Source: Azolla caroliniana
Taxonomy: Eukaryota; Plantae; Polypodiophyta
Assembly: GCA_043228905.1 (NCBI GenBank)
Contig: JBHGNT010000002.1
Location: 18,228,001 to 18,292,000, forward strand
DNA: 64,000 bases
Direction: 5' to 3'
Below, in pieces: positions 58,250-64,000 of the stretch. Positions within the stretch are counted from its first letter, which is position 1; each line of letters opens with the position of its first letter. Under the pieces are notes generated by a model. The model did not search any database and was not told where the DNA came from. It was given only the letters and a program-made list of their open reading frames with translations. A program made the translations under genes and the position numbers.

Positions 58250-60900
58250 GTCAAATATGACTTATGAGACCAAAAATATTACATTTCATGTGATACGTGT
58301 GCAAGTGAGTAGCGACTCTTGATGTTCAAGACCCTTACCAATGAATGTTGCAATCGAGAGTGCACATCATGGTTGTGAGAGAAGTTCGTGCAAGGATTGG
58401 GCTTGGTCGAAGAGATGTGGAAAGCATAGTCGAATATGATCAAAGGAAGAGCATTGTATCAAAGTGTGATACTCAGACTCTCGAACTTGTTCAGGGCAAA
58501 GTGTGCATAGCTTGCCACTCTCATCACTTGTGCCCCAACGCCCCGTCTCACATCGCAATGCATGCGAGCTAAGTTGCATGGAAACAATGGTTCGAATGGC
58601 AGATATTAGGATGGGCTCTAACATGTATCGATGTGTATGGCTTCCCCTCTCCGCGAAGAATATGGTTTTGTAGTTAGGTGCAAAATTTGTAGTATAATGT
58701 GTGAAGCGTGAGCCTCCACATTTTTCCCACATCATGATACATTGGCGTTGCAAAAAGGCCTCATTTATAGAGGAATCTAGTGGTGAATCATGAAGCAAGT
58801 GTCTTGCATCCCATCTACCAAACCATTTTTCTAAATCTTGCATCAAACCAGAACACAAAATTTTACTTTTATGTGTTTTTTGGATCTTTTTGCTTGCTTC
58901 CTATGCAATTCTAGGATGTCGATGTGAGGGTCTTTTTTGAACCTTATGCATGTATTCAACAACCCTTTCCATGGCCATGATCTCAATAATGGGAAGCGAT
59001 CTCGTCTTAAGGAGGAGGGTGTAGGGAGTTTGTTTCTAAGGAAACATTCTAAGGAAATATTTTTGGACATTTTCAAACTCTTTCCATGTAGATTTAGGGA
59101 TGCTACTGCCCCATACTTCCACCCTATAGAGAAGAACCGGGGTCACCAAAGTGTCGAAAAGATATTTCTTGAGGACCCAACACTTAATATCTCTAAGATT
59201 TCATGTTTTCTCAAATGCATAATATACTCGCTTAACCGCCTCTAAGCGGCGTGTAGCACATTCATTCCATCTATGATTTGATTGAACTTCGAGGCCAAGA
59301 TATTTGAAGCTTTGCACAATTCAAGTGGCTCATTGTTGTACATAATGGATGGTTTATCTCTTTTTTGGCTCTTTACAAGCATAATCTTTGTTTTAGAGCT
59401 ATTGACACTTAATTTAGTGTGCATGCAAATTGACAACCCTTTCCATGGCCATGATCTCACTGGCAATTGATCCCCTCTCATGAAGTAGGAGGGTGCTTGG
59501 CATCTGTTTCTTCACTTGGAGAAACTTTAGAAGGAAAAGATTTTGGACATGTTCAAACTATTCCTAAGTAGACTTGGCAATACAATTACCCCATAGACAA
59601 GCAACGGTGTCACAGAAAGGGTCGAAAGGTATTTCTTAAGGACTCAACACTTAACTTCATTTTGTCTTCCCCTAGTGGCGGGTAGCACATTCATTCAATG
59701 TATGATTTGAAGGATTTTCTAGGCTAAGGTATTGAAAGCTTTTTATAGTTTAAAGTGTCACATTAATATACATAATGTGTTGAGAATCAAGCTCAACATA
59801 GCACAACGTGTGAACACACCTTTTGAGAATCAAAGGTCAAGAGTCACACCACTACTCTCTACACATTAACTATGTGTCATAGAATCATATTCTATGACAC
59901 ATAACTAATGAGTTACATATTCCCCATGACTATGAGTCTTCACATTCCCCAAGAGAGAGTGGTTGTAGTTAGTTAATGAAGAGAGAGAGGGTGACTATAT
60001 ATAAAGCACCCTCCTCACACTTCATACTAAGTCGATTGTGACTCCTTATTATGCTACATTTTGTAATTTTTATTCTACTTGTGCAATATACACCTTCTTC
60101 TTGAGTATTCCTTTTTCTATCTATCTTGTGTTCTCTCATCTCTCCTCTAATTCCTCTCACTCATACACATAACACATCTCTTCCGCGACACAAGAATCAT
60201 ACCCGATTCTTTACATAATGCATGGTGTATCCTTATTTTGGTTGTTGAAAAGCACAATATTTGCTCGAAAGTTTTTTTTACTCAACTTTATTTGCATGGA
60301 AAACTCTTATAATGCCCTATTAAGCTTTTCTTGATCTCTTAAAGAATTTCCAACAAGTATGACATCATTTGCATACAACAAAGTCATGATGACTTCATTC
60401 CCAATAATAGTTTCATCAATACATTCTTGCTTCACAAATCTGGCAACCATTTGTTCCAGTTATCAATATGTAGACCAAATAGAGTTGGTAAGGGTGGAAT
60501 CCTTATTTAACACTAGTAGTGCTAGAAACAAATTTGATACTATTTCAAGTTTGTAGGAGTAACTTCCCATATGGGTCCAAATCTTTATCATCAATAGAAG
60601 AAGATACATTTGTATACCCTCTTGCATTCTTGAGATATATGAGATGAAAGATTTTTGTGCATGAAATCCCAAACTTCTTGCAAGAGCATTTATGTCACCA
60701 AAGACAATAACTTCCCCATTGGTTTTCAAGTAAGCAATGTTATCTTCTATATTGACAATGAGTTGTTCTTTATCCAAAACAAGTACAAAAGTTAGAATCT
60801 TGATAAGGAATAGAGAAACTAACTATAAAAGGGGACATATGTTTTGATGCTTCTATTATGGTGTTCGTTGTTTTGTGGGAGTTATAAATATGATTTGGCC
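58250..60900 (-). mobile_element. Third, older RTE-like LINE remnant or remnants
   Basis: LSSHALRCETGR...CTLC...ESEYHTLIQC (58367-58858), endonuclease GEVIVFGDINA near 60700, internal repeated blocks at 58960-59700. Confidence 0.75.
59778..60215 (+). mobile_element. Copia-type solo LTR, TSD TAATG
   Basis: TGTTGAGAATCAAGCTCAACA...TTTACA, with TAATG on both sides and CTATATATAAAG near 59995. Confidence 0.92.
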
Positions 60901-61999
60901 ATCCACAACTATAAGGGGGTTGATATCTTGACGTTCATTTACTACATTTCAATACTTTTATTAATGTTCGTATAGATATGCTAGGAGTTGTACTCAATCA
61001 CTTAATGACACTCAAAATCAAAGTACCATAAAGTCGTTGACATGTCTTTACAATAGTACAATCTAATGGTGGGGTGCAAAATGATAGAAAAACGTGTACT
61101 TAAGAGAGAAGAAGATACGATTGTAAGAATTGTAAATAGATAATACGATTTAGTTTTTGACAACTATAATGGAGTTAAGGTCCAAACTCTAATGTACTGT
61201 ATTCGCTAAAAGCTTTTATTAGTAGTAGGAATATACTAGAACTAAGCTTGTACTTGACCACTGAATGACCTACAAAACCAAGGTATGATGAAGCAACAAC
61301 ATGTGTTTACAACATTGCAATCAAATGATAGAGAACAGTATGCTAAGTCAACCTCTATTTAAGAGGATAATAATGCAATTGTAGGAATTGCAAATATACA
61401 CTACGATCAGACCACCTATAATTGTAGTGCTGTTGAGGTCCAAACCTTGATGTACTTTATTAGTTGTTAAAATCTTAAATTATTTATAGTCGTAGCAATA
61501 TCCTTGTTCGGAGTAAAGGACAAGTTTTACTTAACCACTTAATTATAAACGACAAAAACCAAGGCATGATAAAGTGATCAAAATTCTTTTATAGTAATAC
61601 AATTCAACAATATTATCGAATCATCTTAAGGAGAAGAAGTGAAGGGTAGCCAAGTGACTATTTAAGGATCAATCATAGGGCTTTAGTTATTACCATTGCT
61701 ATTAGTAGGGCATTGAGCTTTGTACCCATGGATAATATACTTGGTGCTTTCTTTTATTTTTCATCACCTCTCTACGACTAGCACCACCCACCCTACATGA
61801 AGTGACTCCTACATGCGACGTACCATTCCCCACCTTTTGCGACGATTGATCACATAATTGATTAGCATGAAGAAAAACGTTAAAATGTTTCTCAATAATA
61901 AATGTTCCATTGGAGAAGAGAAAGACGACTGAGGACTCGTGAATCTTTTGCACAATAGTGAGATATTTTCTCAGGCCTATGTTATTGTGCTTATTTACA

Positions 62000-64000
62000 C
62001 TAATTTAGAATGTTGTTGTCATGAGGTATAGTAAAGGCAGGAAAGAACAAAAAGGGAAGTTGTACAAAGGCTTGAGATTTCGGTTGAAGTGGTTAACACG
62101 GGAAAAGTCAAAAGAATCTAAAATAAAAATAAAGCATAGTTTCAACAACACAATGTATGAGATGAACGACATTACATGAGTGATTACAAGGAAGATGCAA
62201 GATGTACCAATTGCATTAAGAAAAGACAAAAGGACTATCAAGAAACCTCTTCACTATGGTGATACAATAGCATGTGCAATCTCAATTGAAATGATGAAAT
62301 TCTTGTCACTTATCGAGAAGCAATTCAGGATGTTAAGAACGCCAAGTGGAGGAATGTAGTGGAAGAAGAAATGCAATCCCTCGAGAAAAATCAAACATGG
62401 AAGCTAGCAAGCTTACCCAAAGGAAAGAAGGTGATTGGTTGTAAAGATGGATTTTGTAACAAGATTGACGTTCCCTATAAGGCAAGATTGGTAGCTAAAG
62501 GCTATGCTCAAACGGAGGGAGTAGATAACATTCTTATTGGCCATGGTAGGAAAATTGAATTTTGAACTAGTTTAGATGGATGTAAAAACTGCATTTCTAC
62601 ATGGAGACTTGGATGAGGAAATCTAAATGAGTCAACTAGAGGTATTCAAGGTTGCTGTAAAAGAAAAGTTGGTGTGCAAGCTTAACAAATCATTGTACGG
62701 GTTAAAATAATCCTCAAGACAATGTTACATGTGATTTGATAAGTTTATGCAAGGGCATGTGTATATTTTCGCAAGCTACAAGATGAAGTATTCATATATA
62801 TTCTTCTTTATGTTGATGATATGTTGATAGCTTCAAAGAACTAAGAAGCAATTGAAAAGCTGAACGCTCAACTCAATCAAGAGTTTGAGATGAAGGCTAT
62901 GGGAGAAGTAAAAAGGATTCTTGGTATGAAGGTATGCAAAGACGGAGAATGGGGGAGGTTGTACTTAACTTAGAAAGAAGATCTGAAAAAAGTACTAAAG
63001 CGTTTTAACATGAATGAACAATCAAAGCTTGTAGCCACTCTTGCTCCTAATTTCAAGCTTAGTGCATCTTTATCTCCAAAGAATGATAAGGAATAGGAAT
63101 ACATGTCAAAGGTTTTCTATGCATTCTATTGGTAGCTTGATCTATGTTATGGTGTGTACAAGGTTTGACATTTCACAAGCAATTGGAGTTGGCAAGTTGT
63201 GAAATATATTCATAATCCCGTTAAGGAACATTGGCAAGTTGTGAAATGGATTCTATTGCATATTCTCAAGACCATGGATGTTGGTCTAATGTTTCAGCAA
63301 GATGAAGACGATGGTCAATAAGTTGTTGGATTCTGTAGCTCAGATTATGTTGGTGATTTGGATAACAGTAGATCAACCACAGGCTATGTGTTTGGTTTAG
63401 CCAAAGCACCGGCTAGTTGGAAGTCTACTTTATAGTCAGCAGTGCCTCTATCTACATCAGATGCAGAGTATATGGTAGTTATAGAGGTTGTTAAAGATGC
63501 AATTTGGCTTCAAGGATTGCTTGACGAATGAGGAGTAAGACAGAAGCACGTTAGAGTAAATTGTGATAGTTAGATTGCAATTAATTTAGCAGAGAATCAA
63601 GTTTATCATGCAAGGACAAAACACATTGATGTCAAGTATCACTTCATTAGAGAAATTCTTGAATAATATCAAGTTTCAATTCAAAAGATTAAGATTACTG
63701 AAAATCCTGCAAACATGATGACAAAAGTTGTGATAGTTTTCAAGTTCAATCTTTGTTTGGACTTTATAAATGTTTTGAAAAGTTTGAAGTTTGGCCCTTG
63801 CAAAGCGCATTGGAAGACACTACCAAAGATTGCATTGTGAGAAGATGAAAAAATTTGATGATGTGGGAAAGTCCCCAAGGTGGAGATTTGTGGATGGTAG
63901 CTCCCTTTTCCCATTTTCCACATTGAAAGGTTGGGAAGGAGGGGGGAATCTCGTATTATAAATTGAACTCCCCTCCCTTAGGTTCAAGGATCTCATTCCA
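62000..64000 (+). pseudogene. Heavily decayed Copia RT-RNase H, with PPT and start of 3' LTR
   Basis: YKARLVAKGY, LLYVDDMLI, HARTKHIDV among many stops. AAGGTGGAGATT then TGTGG near 63878-63895. Confidence 0.85.

Overview
A eukaryotic land-plant window made almost entirely of nested transposable elements. A seed-free plant such as a fern is plausible from the TE mix, but that is inference. One host gene is visible: a type II (MIKC-like) MADS-box gene with exon 1 at 43480-43661 and exon 2 at 43879-44008. Its second intron appears to run more than 20 kb to the window end and is filled with antisense RTE-like LINE pieces, Copia debris and solo LTRs. Left of the gene are: a minus-strand Copia hit by three insertions of an unusual Ty3/Gypsy lineage (TGTCG...CGACA termini, 4-bp TSDs, predicted -1 frameshift between protease and RT); a full-length Copia whose pol carries a ~240-aa extension after RNase H; a decayed chromovirus; a decayed tandem array of tRNA-Asp-derived units; a very young chromovirus whose LTRs end TG...TA; and a hAT transposon reciprocally nested with a MITE family. 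The most interesting signals are the 4-bp-TSD Gypsy lineage, antisense tRNA-like A/B-box cassettes in the U3 of two unrelated LTR families, a conserved hairpin that puts a Copia PPT in its loop, the tRNA-Asp array, and five G-boxes clustered over the MADS start. All comparisons were made by eye; no database search was run.
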